The notes under the pieces were generated by a model. That model searched no databases. It was given only the letters and a program-made list of their open reading frames with translations, and was not told the DNA's origin. A stretch of DNA of 54,402 bases. It comes from a virus. Its lineage: Duplodnaviria; Caudoviricetes. Numbering within the stretch: position 1 is the first letter of the stretch; every line of letters starts with the position of its first letter. A program made the position numbers and the translations under genes. Below, in pieces: positions 9,780 to 20,300 of this stretch. The stretch covers positions 1-54,402 of the IMG/VR virus record IMGVR_UViG_3300036766_002274; one strand, given 5' to 3'.

Positions 9780-10846
9780 TAAGAAGCACTACCTGCATTC
9801 ATTCTATCACGAATGACGCTTCCTACGATTGGCTTCGACGGCGTTACCGTCGCACCTTGAGTGCGCGTAAACGTCGCTGACCCAGCCACCGGACGTGTGG
9901 ATGTCGCGCTAGCACCGCGTGTCATAGTGAACGTCACAGCACCACCGTGCAGGATTGCACGGAGATAGAGGATGGCGAGTTCGGTAATCTGCGCCGTGCT
10001 CATGCCTGAAGCATTTAAAGCGAGGAATGTCGGTGACGCGACCCTAATGGAGGTGGTGGCGATACCGCTCGCGCTCACCGTGAGCAAGCTCGGTGCGCCG
10101 ACTATTGCTGACGCAAGCCCCACGCCTGCCACACTGGACGGCACAAGGAACGCACGCGCTGGAGCCGTGAGCGTGGCTGCTGCCGTTGCCACACCGGTTG
10201 CGCTGATGGTCAGGAAGCCAAGCGCAGGAGACCAGACCACAACTGATGCCGTGGCTGTGCCATCAGCATTGAGCGTCAAGAGCGCTGGAGAGCGCACCGA
10301 GACTGAAGCTGTCGAGATGCCAGCGGCTGCGTTGGGAACAAGGAAGCCAGCCGTGCTCACCGCGAGAGCACCGGTGGCTACACCACCAGATGCCAGCGAG
10401 AGCAGTGCTGGGGCATTCACGCCAAGCGTAGCCGTGGCTGAGCCAGCCACGCCTTGCAGGGTGAGGATGCCGCCGACAGCGGTAACCGTGGCGGTAGCAG
10501 TCGCCACGCCTGCGGCAGTCATCGAGAGCAGGGCACGAGCGATGACAGTCGCGGCTGCCGTGGAAAGCCCGGCAGCCGTCATGTTGAGTAGGGCTGGTGA
10601 CCTCACGAGAGCACTTGCTGTCGCCGCGCCAGCGGGCGCACTGAGCGTGAGGAAGCCCTGAGACCGCACAAGCGCTGCTGCCGTGGCTACGCCAGCCGCT
10701 GTACCGGGAACAACAAGTGCTTTACTTGCGACGACAGCGGTTGCTGTCGCCACTCCTGCCGACACGCCAAACACAAGCGATGCTGGTGCTCTACCGGGTC
10801 GCCAAGTGTTCCGCCTGCTCGGGAAGCCACGTCCTGCGCGTGCCAT
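9779..10846 (-). CDS. Ala-rich ~20-aa repeat virion protein
   Basis: Repeated (A/S)GxATAxAxVxxPAxLx units. Confidence 0.65.
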   Translation of the reverse strand: MARAGRGFPSRRNTWRPGRAPASLVFGVSAGVATATAVVASKALVVPGTAAGVATAAALVRSQGFLTLSAPAGAATASALVRSPALLNMTAAGLSTAAATVIARALLSMTAAGVATATATVTAVGGILTLQGVAGSATATLGVNAPALLSLASGGVATGALAVSTAGFLVPNAAAGISTASVSVRSPALLTLNADGTATASVVVWSPALGFLTISATGVATAAATLTAPARAFLVPSSVAGVGLASAIVGAPSLLTVSASGIATTSIRVASPTFLALNASGMSTAQITELAILYLRAILHGGAVTFTMTRGASATSTRPVAGSATFTRTQGATVTPSKPIVGSVIRDRMNAGSAS

Positions 10847-10852
10847 CTGGCC

Positions 10853-11176
10853 TTACCAGTTCGCCGCGCGCATAGCGGCCACAACTGAACGCCTACGGAC
10901 GAACATCCCCGACAGGGTGTACGTGGCCGTAAAACTCGTGTCCGTCCAGTTGGCCGCACCGTCGCGCGTCCTCACATAGCGAGTGTTCGCGCCGCTCGCC
11001 AGCCCAGCATCGTTGAATGTCGCTGTGGTAACCGGTGTGCCGCTTGTGCAGGTACCGCTCGTGAGCAGCGTCCCGCCGCCACTCGCAGCCGTGCGAATCT
11101 CGTAGCCCATCTCTGACGCGCCAGTTGAAGCCGCGTCGTTCGGGGTGAAGGTGACTGAGTAATCCTTGGTAGCCAC
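10853..11176 (-). CDS. Small Ig/Fn3-like virion protein
   Basis: Paralogous to the C-terminal domain of the upstream 299-aa protein. Confidence 0.6.
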   Translation of the reverse strand: MATKDYSVTFTPNDAASTGASEMGYEIRTAASGGGTLLTSGTCTSGTPVTTATFNDAGLASGANTRYVRTRDGAANWTDTSFTATYTLSGMFVRRRSVVAAMRAANW

Positions 11177-12076
11177 TTAGACCACCGGGCTCGGCGTCGT
11201 GCTGATGGTGGTTGACGCGGTAGGCGCGGTGTCGTCGCGCAGCAACGTAAACGATACATCGGAGCCCCACACTGGCGTTGCATTCGCGCAACGCACGTAG
11301 AGTGTCTGGGTACCGTCAACGAGACCTGATGCGTTGTAGGCTATCGTCTTTGCATTTGCACCACTTGCAGCGGCACCGGATGCAACGAGCGTACCGCCGC
11401 CGCTTGGCGCGGTACGCACCTCATATTGTGTGACATCTGCGCCTCCGGTAAAGTTCGCAGTCCATGGCGTGTTATTCACGCTTGTGCGCGTGAAACTACC
11501 ATAGCTGACAGAAACCCCGGATACACCATTGAGTAGTGGTTTGAGAGCAACAGACCAAGCGCCTACCGGGCCAGAAGTAGAGCCCCATGTCTTTGTGCCA
11601 GTTGCTCCAGTGGAGGGAAGGGCTAACTCGGCGATATAGGTCTGTGAAACAACCGACCTTTTGGTCATGCCGGATGGCGTGGTAGCAGACGTGACATTTG
11701 TGTCTGCATATGCGCACACCATCAGCGTATTGACTACGGTGGTGGTAAGTGACGGAGCAATCGCGCTAGCGTCCGTGCCGTCTGCGGAAACATTTATCGG
11801 ACTACTTGGGTTGCATCCGCTGTAAGTGACGGTATCTACGTAGTTCCCGGTGCTCCATGTATACGACGGCGCAGATGCCCCTCTCACAATGTACCAAAAA
11901 CTAGCCCACCACACGAACGTGTGCGTGGTGCCAACCTGCGTCCAGCCTGCTGGCCCGGTAGGCGCAGAGGCGATGGACATGATGCAGGCAACCACAACGT
12001 CGCCCTCTACGGTTCCGGCAGGCTCTGCGCCGATGTTGGAAGAACGGGAATCGGCACTCCGAAATGCAATCGCCAT
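11177..12076 (-). CDS. Virion surface / carbohydrate-binding-like protein
   Basis: GDVVVA..PAGWT..YSG..APSLTT..TPSGMT pattern; T/S/G rich. Confidence 0.65.
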   Translation of the reverse strand: MAIAFRSADSRSSNIGAEPAGTVEGDVVVACIMSIASAPTGPAGWTQVGTTHTFVWWASFWYIVRGASAPSYTWSTGNYVDTVTYSGCNPSSPINVSADGTDASAIAPSLTTTVVNTLMVCAYADTNVTSATTPSGMTKRSVVSQTYIAELALPSTGATGTKTWGSTSGPVGAWSVALKPLLNGVSGVSVSYGSFTRTSVNNTPWTANFTGGADVTQYEVRTAPSGGGTLVASGAAASGANAKTIAYNASGLVDGTQTLYVRCANATPVWGSDVSFTLLRDDTAPTASTTISTTPSPVV

Positions 12077-12080
12077 CTAG

Positions 12081-12374
12081 TTAGACCTTCGCGGGATAAC
12101 GCATCCCGACGAGCGCTGTCGTAAGCGGTGCAATGTCCGCGTCGCCAGCCGTGGCCTTATCGATGTCCAGCTTGAAGTGGTCAAGCAACTGCTGCCGTAG
12201 CGCGAGCCGACGTACGACAGGGGCCTGCACTGGGTCGAAGTCGATTCCGAGGTTGCCCGTTGAAACGACAGTGATAGTCGCAGGCTCAGTCGCGTCGTCA
12301 CGTAGCTCGTAGGCGACGTTCATCAGCCCCGGACTCATCCGTGTGACTGCGGTTATCTGGCAGTAGTAGGCCAC
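12081..12374 (-). CDS. Hypothetical protein (97 aa)
   Basis: ORF in structural operon. Confidence 0.6.
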   Translation of the reverse strand: MAYYCQITAVTRMSPGLMNVAYELRDDATEPATITVVSTGNLGIDFDPVQAPVVRRLALRQQLLDHFKLDIDKATAGDADIAPLTTALVGMRYPAKV

Positions 12375-12376
12375 CT

Positions 12377-12886
12377 TTAAACCTCGACCAGCATGTAGGC
12401 GATGGCATTCACCGCCGCAGCAGCCTTCACACGGATGCGCGCAAAGTCGCCGGGCTTCAGGTAGGGGCGTGTGCCCAGTGGGAACTGGAGCACATAGTTC
12501 GCAGCCGGGTCGATGAGCTGGCAGTCGAACATGCGGACTGCCGTGATAGTGCCCTCTGCACTGGCTGTGTAGCCCGTGGTGGCAGTTCCTACCTGAATCA
12601 GGTTGGTGGTAGGGTCGCCGCCCTGCACCGCCGCCTCGTCAAACTTGGTGATGCCAGCAAGAACATGAGCGGTCACAGTTGCGGCCACGTCTGTTGCCAG
12701 CAGCTCGCACTCGATGCCAGCAGCCATCGCTGCACCATCGAAGGAGATGCCCCACTCAACGATGTGGATGCCAAGCGTGGCGCTCGGCACCACCTGAAGT
12801 AGCGTCTTGATGCCAGTGCCTGTGGTGACTGCGACCTGCGATGCCGTGGTCGGCATCGGGCCGTTGTAAATCTTGTACTGGGCCAT
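12377..12886 (-). CDS. Putative virion structural protein (169 aa)
   Basis: TAATG coupling; beta-rich composition. Confidence 0.65.
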   Translation of the reverse strand: MAQYKIYNGPMPTTASQVAVTTGTGIKTLLQVVPSATLGIHIVEWGISFDGAAMAAGIECELLATDVAATVTAHVLAGITKFDEAAVQGGDPTTNLIQVGTATTGYTASAEGTITAVRMFDCQLIDPAANYVLQFPLGTRPYLKPGDFARIRVKAAAAVNAIAYMLVEV

Positions 12887-13227
12887 TACACGCTCTCAGT
12901 GAGAGCTGTGGCATAGATGTTCAGGACGTAGTCAGCCGGGTACACGTACTCGTAGCACTCCGGGTTGAGCTGCGACGTGAGGCCCGAGACATTGGCCCAC
13001 TTGGCCGCAATCGTGTACGGGACTTTGTCCCACTTGCCGTCATTGCGCGTGAAGCGCAAGAAGCCCGAGCCCCTGAGTGCGGGTACCCACTTGTCCCGTG
13101 GCGTGCCCGCCTTTGAGCGGACAAAGCTGCCGTCTTCCTGTGGCTCGTAGCCGTACTCGGCCAGTGCGGAACTGGCGAGGACAAAGTCGTTCTGTGTGGT
13201 AGGCGTTGCTGGTTCTTCTGTGGTCAT
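12886..13227 (-). CDS. Hypothetical protein (113 aa)
   Basis: ORF in structural operon. Confidence 0.6.
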   Translation of the reverse strand: MTTEEPATPTTQNDFVLASSALAEYGYEPQEDGSFVRSKAGTPRDKWVPALRGSGFLRFTRNDGKWDKVPYTIAAKWANVSGLTSQLNPECYEYVYPADYVLNIYATALTESV

Positions 13228-13230
13228 GGG

Positions 13231-13641
13231 TTAGTCCTCGGTTACGACGAGCGCACCGATTGCCACGGTCGCCGGAGTGTTGGATGTGTCGATGACCTTG
13301 CTCGTGACAGTGCCCCAGTAGAGGATGTTGCCGCCGCCAGTCGTGATGAGGTCGCAGATAGCGAAGCCGATGACGGTACTGGTGCCGCCAGAGCAACCTG
13401 CAAAGGTGATAGCATTGCTGTTGGTCTTGGAACCAGCCGCAGCGGCAGATAGGTCAGCAGCGTTGATGATGATGCGGGCGTAACCGGTGTAGGTTGCCTC
13501 AGTGAGGGTGGCACCGGTGCTGGCGTCAGTCGGCACAGCCGTGCAGAGCGCGAGGTAGATGTTCGTCGGCATCGTGAACGCGCCGTCGCTCAGGCAGTGG
13601 TCGAGAACCTTGAGTTCGAGATAGTCGCTCTTCGAGGCCAT
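13231..13641 (-). CDS. Conserved phage tail/virion protein (136 aa)
   Basis: SDYLE..LDH..YLAL.T..P.D..GYAR..N.NAITF..GGNIL.WG signature, recalled from widespread phage virion proteins. Confidence 0.75.
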   Translation of the reverse strand: MASKSDYLELKVLDHCLSDGAFTMPTNIYLALCTAVPTDASTGATLTEATYTGYARIIINAADLSAAAAGSKTNSNAITFAGCSGGTSTVIGFAICDLITTGGGNILYWGTVTSKVIDTSNTPATVAIGALVVTED

Positions 13642-13666
13642 TTAAAGGTGGGCTTTCTGTGTGTGG

Positions 13667-13702
13667 CGCAGTGGGGGACGAGTTCCGTCATCCCCCACTG
13701 CG
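13667..13702. terminator. Intergenic stem-loop with 12-bp arms, no U tail
   Basis: CGCAGTGGGGGA / TCCCCCACTGCG. Confidence 0.55.
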
Positions 13703-13733
13703 TGGGCGGGGTGGACGCCTTCTGTAGAAAGGC

Positions 13734-14231
13734 TTAGGTGACCGTTAGAACGGCATAGCCGATGTTGGACAGGTACCACTTCGCGCCATCGCAGATGACG
13801 CGGGCCGAGGCTCCAATCTTGTGCGATGCCGTGCTGAACGTACCGGTCGTGCCAGCGACAGTGGCCGTGGTGCCATCGTTGGAGACGAGTGTTCCAGCCG
13901 GGGCGGTGATTGCCATGTTGGCGTCAACGCCGTTGATGAACTCGAACCAGACGCCGTTGCTCGTCGCAACAGCCGGAAGGGTGAACGTCACCGCGCCGGT
14001 GTTCGTGGTGTAGAGCGCACCACACTCAGCCACAGGGCAGGTATAAGACGCAGCCTTGGCAATGGTGGGGCGCAGGAACGACGGGGACTGAGCGGCACCA
14101 TTCTTGGTGTAACTCACCTGACCGTTGCTGTTCGGCACGAACTGGGTGACGACGCCAGTGGCGTCTGTCAGTTCGAGATAGGACGCCGTATTCGCAATAC
14201 GGTTCGGGAGGACGCTGTCAACAGACGCCAT
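13734..14231 (-). CDS. Putative head decoration/fibre protein (165 aa)
   Basis: GAVTFTLPA..G.WFEF..CDGAKWY motif. Confidence 0.65.
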   Translation of the reverse strand: MASVDSVLPNRIANTASYLELTDATGVVTQFVPNSNGQVSYTKNGAAQSPSFLRPTIAKAASYTCPVAECGALYTTNTGAVTFTLPAVATSNGVWFEFINGVDANMAITAPAGTLVSNDGTTATVAGTTGTFSTASHKIGASARVICDGAKWYLSNIGYAVLTVT

Positions 14232-14247
14232 TTACTTCTTCGCTTTC

Positions 14248-14520
14248 TTATCCGTGCTCTTCTGGAGCCACGGCGGGAGTGTTTTGGTTCCGGGCTTTCC
14301 CGGTGCTGGCTTTGACTTGTTCGTCTTCGCGAACGGGTTCACCCGTTGGGGTGGCTTCGATGCCGCCATGGAGTTCCTCGATTGCCGCTTCGAGGCGGCG
14401 GATGTATTCACGAAGCTGGATGTTCTCGCTCACGAGATGAACCAGCGTGTTGTGTTCCTTGACGAGTGCTTCGAGCGTCATGTTCGCTGTCGGCTGCGAG
14501 CTGCCTTCTGAGCTACTCAC
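14248..14520 (-). CDS. Small coiled-coil protein (start uncertain)
   Basis: Heptad LEALVKEHNTLV..LEAAIEEL. Confidence 0.5.
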   Translation of the reverse strand: MSSSEGSSQPTANMTLEALVKEHNTLVHLVSENIQLREYIRRLEAAIEELHGGIEATPTGEPVREDEQVKASTGKARNQNTPAVAPEEHG

Positions 14521-14812
14521 TGTCTTCGTCACCCTCGTCATCGCTGTCGCCGTCTTCGTAGCCGACCTCGACACCGTGGACAATGCTGTTGCCCTGTGCG
14601 AGCTTCCACACGTTGTAGCCCTTGGGGAGCTGCACCTCGTAGCCGAACTCTTCATCGAAGCGCTTGGCGCGCTCCGGGTACTGGGTCTTGCCGACACCGT
14701 TGATGAACTCAACACCCATGAACTTCCGCGTCAGCGGGATGGGCGTGCGGACAATGAACAGCGGTTTGCCGTCGAGGCGTGTGCGGTCGTGGCGGGTCTT
14801 TGCGATGGACAT
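14513..14812 (-). CDS. Hypothetical protein, acidic C-terminus (99 aa)
   Basis: AGAGG upstream; ORF in head operon. Confidence 0.6.
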   Translation of the reverse strand: MSIAKTRHDRTRLDGKPLFIVRTPIPLTRKFMGVEFINGVGKTQYPERAKRFDEEFGYEVQLPKGYNVWKLAQGNSIVHGVEVGYEDGDSDDEGDEDSE

Positions 14813-14840
14813 GGGAGCGGAACCTCTTTAAAGGACTTGC

Positions 14841-14872
14841 GCGGGGAGGACACGTTGGTGCGCCCTCCCCGC
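14841..14872 (-). terminator. Stem-loop after capsid genes
   Basis: GCGGGGAGG / CCTCCCCGC. Confidence 0.55.
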
Positions 14873-14879
14873 TAGGGAG

Positions 14880-15356
14880 TTAACTCAGCACGCCGGTGTT
14901 GAAGGCTTCGGTGCCGTCAGAAATCCAGCCGTACAGGTTGATGGTCGCTGTGCCCTCAAGGTCACCCGAGGTGCAGACGATGCGGGCGTAGGGCTGGATG
15001 GTGCGGAGGCGACCACGCAGCTTGGAGCGGACAAGCGTGTGGGTTGCCCCAGCGACGGTGCCGTCCTTTGTCCACAGACCGGCAGCGGAGAACGCCATCG
15101 TTCCGATGGTGTCGCCGTCAGTCCAGTTCGTCCCGTCGGGGCTGACCTGAAACTTCCAGACGAGCGTCGCGCCGTCAGCGTCGGTGCCGATGACGAGGTT
15201 CTTCGCCATCAGCTCGACACCAAAGCCGTAGAGGCTGGTGCCGTACTTCCGGTCGCCCACATAGTCCGCAAGCAGACTGATGGTCGGGCCGGTGACGGTG
15301 CCCCCGACCGCAATGGCCGAGGGGTTGGTGAATACGGTTACACGGGAGTCGCGCAT
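14880..15356 (-). CDS. Putative capsid cement/decoration protein (158 aa)
   Basis: Directly after the MCP; FQVSPDGTNW..PYARI jelly-roll-like pattern. Confidence 0.6.
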   Translation of the reverse strand: MRDSRVTVFTNPSAIAVGGTVTGPTISLLADYVGDRKYGTSLYGFGVELMAKNLVIGTDADGATLVWKFQVSPDGTNWTDGDTIGTMAFSAAGLWTKDGTVAGATHTLVRSKLRGRLRTIQPYARIVCTSGDLEGTATINLYGWISDGTEAFNTGVLS

Positions 15357-15357
15357 G

Positions 15358-16368
15358 TTAGGAAACCTTGATTCCGCGCAGCGCCACGCCGAACTTGGGA
15401 TGAACGTGGCGGAGGCCAATGGGCCAGTCGATGACTGTGCGGTACGTGACGCCGTCATCGAGGAGGAACGGCTTGCCGACCTCCATCGAATACTGCTGGA
15501 TGCCGTGGATGTACGGCTCGCCAAGCTTCAGGAAGTACACCGGGAGGCAGGCCACCGAGTTGATGGTCTCGGTCGCAACGATGGCGGTGGACTGGTCGGC
15601 CTTGAAGCCCATGTCGTAGAAGTCCACGCCGTTGTAGTTCCAGATGGGCTTCTGGTTCGGGATGGCTGTGGAGCGGCGCATGTTGTCCGCCGTGATGCTC
15701 GGCTCCATCGCCGGGGTGTCCTTGTAGAGGTTCAAGCGCCGCAGGCAGCTCTTGAGCGTCCGCACGAACTGGGCATCCGTGAGCGCAACGTCAGCCGTGT
15801 GGCCGTCGCAGGCGTAGATGGCTTCATCGATTTTGTCGAGGAAGGTCTGCATGGTTGCAGTCGTGTTCGCGGCAACAGCCGCAGCCACGTCGAGCTTGGT
15901 CGAGGCGTCAACGCCGTAGACCATTTGTGCAGCCGGGGCATTCGCAAGGCGAACCTTGATGCCCTCAAAGCTGTCTTCGTCAACGCCGTGGTCACCGTTG
16001 ATGAACGCATCGTTGAACGTCCACGCAGCACCCTTGACGGCCTGCCGTGTACGTTCGGTCATGATGTCCACAACCGGGGACTTGTCCCGCATGTCGGTCT
16101 TGTCGATGTCGATGGTTGCGCCCATCGAGAACACCGCATCCGAGACAACGTCGGTGCCGCCACCCTTTACGGTGCCGTGCATCTCACCACGTCGGCGGAA
16201 GCCGATGGTGGGAATGGAGTTGGTGCGGCGTGTGCTGATTTCCAGCGTGCCGATGGTAGTCAGCGGAAGCTTCCGAGAGATGTCGCATTCGATTGCGAAC
16301 GTCTCTACGACAGCCGCCTCGAACTCATCTTTCTTGGCGCGCATAACGTCGAGGAGTGTGAGGGCCAT
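15358..16368 (-). CDS. Major capsid protein (HK97 fold)
   Basis: 336 aa; MALTLLD..AAVVETF..LP..PTIGFR..FINGD..FEGI..YNGV..YRTVIDWPIGL..LRGI. Confidence 0.88.
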   Translation of the reverse strand: MALTLLDVMRAKKDEFEAAVVETFAIECDISRKLPLTTIGTLEISTRRTNSIPTIGFRRRGEMHGTVKGGGTDVVSDAVFSMGATIDIDKTDMRDKSPVVDIMTERTRQAVKGAAWTFNDAFINGDHGVDEDSFEGIKVRLANAPAAQMVYGVDASTKLDVAAAVAANTTATMQTFLDKIDEAIYACDGHTADVALTDAQFVRTLKSCLRRLNLYKDTPAMEPSITADNMRRSTAIPNQKPIWNYNGVDFYDMGFKADQSTAIVATETINSVACLPVYFLKLGEPYIHGIQQYSMEVGKPFLLDDGVTYRTVIDWPIGLRHVHPKFGVALRGIKVS

Positions 16369-16400
16369 GTTGGTCTTTCTGTCTTACACAGTGCTTGTAA

Positions 16401-16428
16401 AGCGCAGTAAACTATGTATAACTGCGCT
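16401..16428 (-). terminator. Stem-loop between scaffold and MCP
   Basis: AGCGCAGT / ACTGCGCT. Confidence 0.4.
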
Positions 16429-16435
16429 CGGTTGT

Positions 16436-17296
16436 TTATCTGCCGAACGAGCCGCCACGGATTGCCTTAAGGCGTTCCTGACTGGCAAGTTCAAGGCGGG
16501 ACTTCCCGCTATTGTTGGCTACGGCTGGTACGCCGCCGCCAGACGAACGGGTGCCGACTGGTTCAGTGCGCTTACGCACACCTTCAATCCGCTGGTCATC
16601 ACCTTTGGCGAGGAGTTTCACGAGCGATTCATCGAACTTGTCCAGTCGCTCTACTAGGCCATCCTCATCGGTGCCGTAGTCGAGGTCTGGGTCATCGGCT
16701 TTCACGCCAGCTCTCACAGCCGCTGCTTGGCGACCTGTGACGAACTTGGCAATGCGCTCAGTGACCCAAGCTGGTTGTTCGGTGCTCTGTGATTCTTGTC
16801 GCTTCTCGGGAGCCGGGGCAGATGTCTTCTTCTCTAGCTGAGTGGTACGCAGCTTGACGCGCCGCTCCTGCAAAGCTAGTTTTGCAGACTTCTGGTCATC
16901 CTCGGGCAGGGCACCTAGAAGGGTTTCGCTAGACCAGTTAAGGCCCTCAACGATGTCTTCCATGTTGCCCTCGTAGCGGTCGAACCGGTCGAGTGCCTCT
17001 CGAAGCTGTCCCCTGAGGTCGTCAATCTCCCTGTCCTTCTTACCGATGGACTTCTGGAGACCCTTGTAGACACCATTCTTGGTGTCGCCAGACTCGATGG
17101 CTGCCGCAAGTTCTACCTCGCGGGCCTCCATGAGCTTCTGGAGTTTGGCGATGAGCTTCGGGTCAAGCTCTTCACCGTCTGAGTCACTGTCAGACCCTTT
17201 TTCGTTGCCAGTACCTTCGTCGTCTACGTTGTCGAGGTTGTCTTCCTCGTCTTCGTAGTTCCAAACCGAATCACTGACTTCGCGGGTTTCCGCCAA
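16436..17296 (-). CDS. Capsid scaffolding protein
   Basis: Acidic N-terminus, coiled coil, immediately upstream of MCP. Confidence 0.7.
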   Translation of the reverse strand: MAETREVSDSVWNYEDEEDNLDNVDDEGTGNEKGSDSDSDGEELDPKLIAKLQKLMEAREVELAAAIESGDTKNGVYKGLQKSIGKKDREIDDLRGQLREALDRFDRYEGNMEDIVEGLNWSSETLLGALPEDDQKSAKLALQERRVKLRTTQLEKKTSAPAPEKRQESQSTEQPAWVTERIAKFVTGRQAAAVRAGVKADDPDLDYGTDEDGLVERLDKFDESLVKLLAKGDDQRIEGVRKRTEPVGTRSSGGGVPAVANNSGKSRLELASQERLKAIRGGSFGR

Positions 17297-17327
17297 TTAG
17301 ACGACCTCTTAGTTTCAAGTTGTAAAA

Positions 17328-17336
17328 AGTATAGCA
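17328..17336 (-). promoter_or_regulatory. Extended -10 promoter (TGCTATACT) for scaffold-capsid operon
   Basis: TGnTATACT in intergenic gap, followed by AGAGG RBS. Confidence 0.55.
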
Positions 17337-17365
17337 CATTTCGTGCGCGCCACTCTCAGCACGCA

Positions 17366-20300
17366 TTAACGTGTCTTGCTGGAGGAGTAGTCGAACAGTG
17401 GCTCAGAAGCCATCTGCAACTTGTTGTACTTGTTCTCGTAGTAGGCCATCGTTCCCTTGACAGGAGCCTTGTTGTAGAACTTTTGCAGGCTGCTGTCCAT
17501 GGCTGGGTTGTCGAGGCGCAGAAGCGTACGTTGCCCACTGAGCAGTTTCTGGAATGCCTTCATAGCCGGGTCACTAGAGAGTGAGTCCAGCATGTTTTGC
17601 ACAGGAATCCCGCGCTGCTGTGCCGCGTCCCGCACTGCTGTCTCGAACTCGCTGTATGTATTGAATCCATCGAAGACGCCAAGTCCCTTTACGTACTCAA
17701 AGGCAGTATCTGCCGCATCGTAGTAGGGCTTCGTCGCAGCCTTGGCTGCGTCGTAGTCCCTGCCGAACTGGGTGTCCTTGGGCTTGTCAAACGAGGCAAG
17801 GCGCTCGTCAAGGTACTTCGCGTACTCGGGTGCCGTCTTTGCTTTAAACGCGGTCTGGAGCGCGTCGAGCTTGTTGAAGTCCAGCTTGCCATCCTTGCCC
17901 GTGGCTTGGTCGAACAGCGCGTACCAGTCGTTGACAACCTTGTCCTCGGGCTTCATGTAGCGGCCAAGGTAGTCGAGCACGGTCTCATCAGTGCCCTTGC
18001 GCTGGGCGGCGAGCTTGCCGAGGTCTGTCTGGGCGTCGGTGATTTCCTGACGCCGCTGCCCCGCAAGGAACTGGTACTCAGCCTTCGCATCGAAGGCGCT
18101 CGTCTTGCCAGACTTGTAGCGCGTGTCCAAGTCCTGCATCTTTGTGGTGTAGCCCTTGTTGATGCCGTCGAGCCGGTTGAAGTAGGACTGCACCGGGCTG
18201 TCCTGCCCGGTGGCATTGTCTGCCAGCGTCTTCTTCAGTTCGGCGTAGCGTGTGTTCTTGTCGAGTGCGCCACGGATACCTGTCTGCTCACCAGAGTTCA
18301 GGTCGTTGTAGTCAACGACGCCGTCCTTGTTACCGTTGACGTTGGCCCGGTCTTGCAGGCCGGGGAACTGCTTGCTCACTTCTTCAGCTTTGATGCGCGT
18401 CATCTCGCGCCCAAGCGTCTCAGGGTTGTGGTTCAGGCCAACGAAGTTGCTGAACAGGCCAGCCGCACGCTCGCGTGGATTGCTGTAGTTCGGGTCTTCC
18501 TTGAGCCCCACGTTGTCAGTGAGTGGCTTGATAAACTTACCGATAGCCGTGTGGTTCTGGATGACGCCAGTATTGAACGCAGCCTTGGCCGTGAGGGGAA
18601 GCGGCGGCTGGAAGAGCCCGTTGTTGAAGCCGGTACTGTTGCCCGGTGCGCCGATGCCTGCATCGCTGAGGTGTGACTGAAGGCCGTTACCAATCTCTGT
18701 GGCGAGAGGGCGCGTGGCCGCTCCGATGACATCAGGTGTACGCGAGGAGTACCAGTCAGCCAGCCCCACCATCGGCACCCAGTCTTGCATGCGCCACTTG
18801 CGGACACCGTCAGGACTGTCGGTACGCATGAGCGCCTTCACAAGGCCAATGACAGGATTGGACGCAGAGAGCGTCCCGGTTGCCCCGCCCTGTGCCTTGA
18901 GGAAGTTCTGGCTCTTCGGGTTGAGGATGCTGTCCTCATCCATCGGGTTCATGCTGGGCATCGAACCGGTAGCGAGGTACTGCATGGCAGCCATGCCAGC
19001 ACCCATCAAGACTGCTGTCTTCACGAGGTAGTAGCGCGCCATCGCGCCCTCTGGGCCGAAGTCCGTGCTGGCCTTCTTGGCGAGGATGAACGTGTTCCTG
19101 AGCAACGCCGGTGAGCGCGCCCCGATGGTACGCTCCCACTGGGACTGCTGCGCGCTGATGCCGTAAAGCTGCCGGTTGAGTGTCCCAGAGGTGCGGTTAA
19201 TCTGCTTCGCCGCCTGCACGCTGGACTTGATATTCTCAGCCTTACTGAGCTTCTCACCCGCGTAGCGCGCCTCCGCTTTAAATGCAGCGCGCGTGCCGAC
19301 GTTCGTCGCCAGCCCCAGAGCCAGAGCGAACCCGGCCTCGTACTGGTCATCAACGCCGGGGATGTCTACGCCTGATGCTGCGATACCAGCGCCTGCGAGG
19401 AGTGGCCCGTTCTTGAGGAACTCAGCAGCAAGCCGCCCGCCGACTGGGAACTTACCCTTGGCTGGGCCAAAGCCCTTGATAAAGTTCTCCGTCTGGCGCT
19501 GCAAGTCCCACTGGAGCGCGCGGTGGATAGGCAGGTATGCCTCGAAGCCGTGCTGCTCAATCTGCTTGACACCGGGCATGTTGGAGAGTGAGAGCTTCCC
19601 CTCCTTCTCAATGCCTTCGTGCTCAAGACCGCCAATGCCGCCAGCCTTGGTGTATGCATTCCAGAGGTCTTGGTTCTTCGATACCCAGTGGTCGAAGTAG
19701 CGCTTGCCACCGAAGGACGCGCCGACGAGCGGGATAAAGTTACGCACCGCACCCATGGGGTCGTTGATTGCCAGCATGGCACCCTGCATCGTCCAAGCGC
19801 TGAGGTCACCGGTGAACATCGCCTGCCGCAGGATGTTCGTGATGCCGTCAGCCACAGCCAGTGGGCCAGTCTCATTCCCACGGGTGGGGATGAGCAGGCT
19901 ATCCACTGCCTTGACCATCTCGGGGTGAAAGAGGTGGTCATCGATACCGGGGAGCTGACGCCAGCCCCGCTGCTCCATGCCCTTCTGTTTCACCTTCAGG
20001 TCGAGCCTGTCCTGCTTGCTGAGCGCCTGACGCTCAGCATCACTGGGAATCTTCCACGCCCCGCCTGACTCCTTCAGGTTCTGCACCAGCATCGCGTTAG
20101 CGCGAATCTGGTCGTGCCGCTTCACTTCGAGCCTGAGCAGGGCCATCGGGTCTTTGATGATGTCGAGGCCGGGCTGTGCCCGCAGCGCCGACTCATAAGT
20201 CGGGCCGAGGTCACGGAGCATCTGTGGTGAGCGCAGCCGGTCGAAGCCCGGTGTCTGCATCCTGAACGCCTTTGCAGCGTCTTCGCCAAAGACGCGCCGC

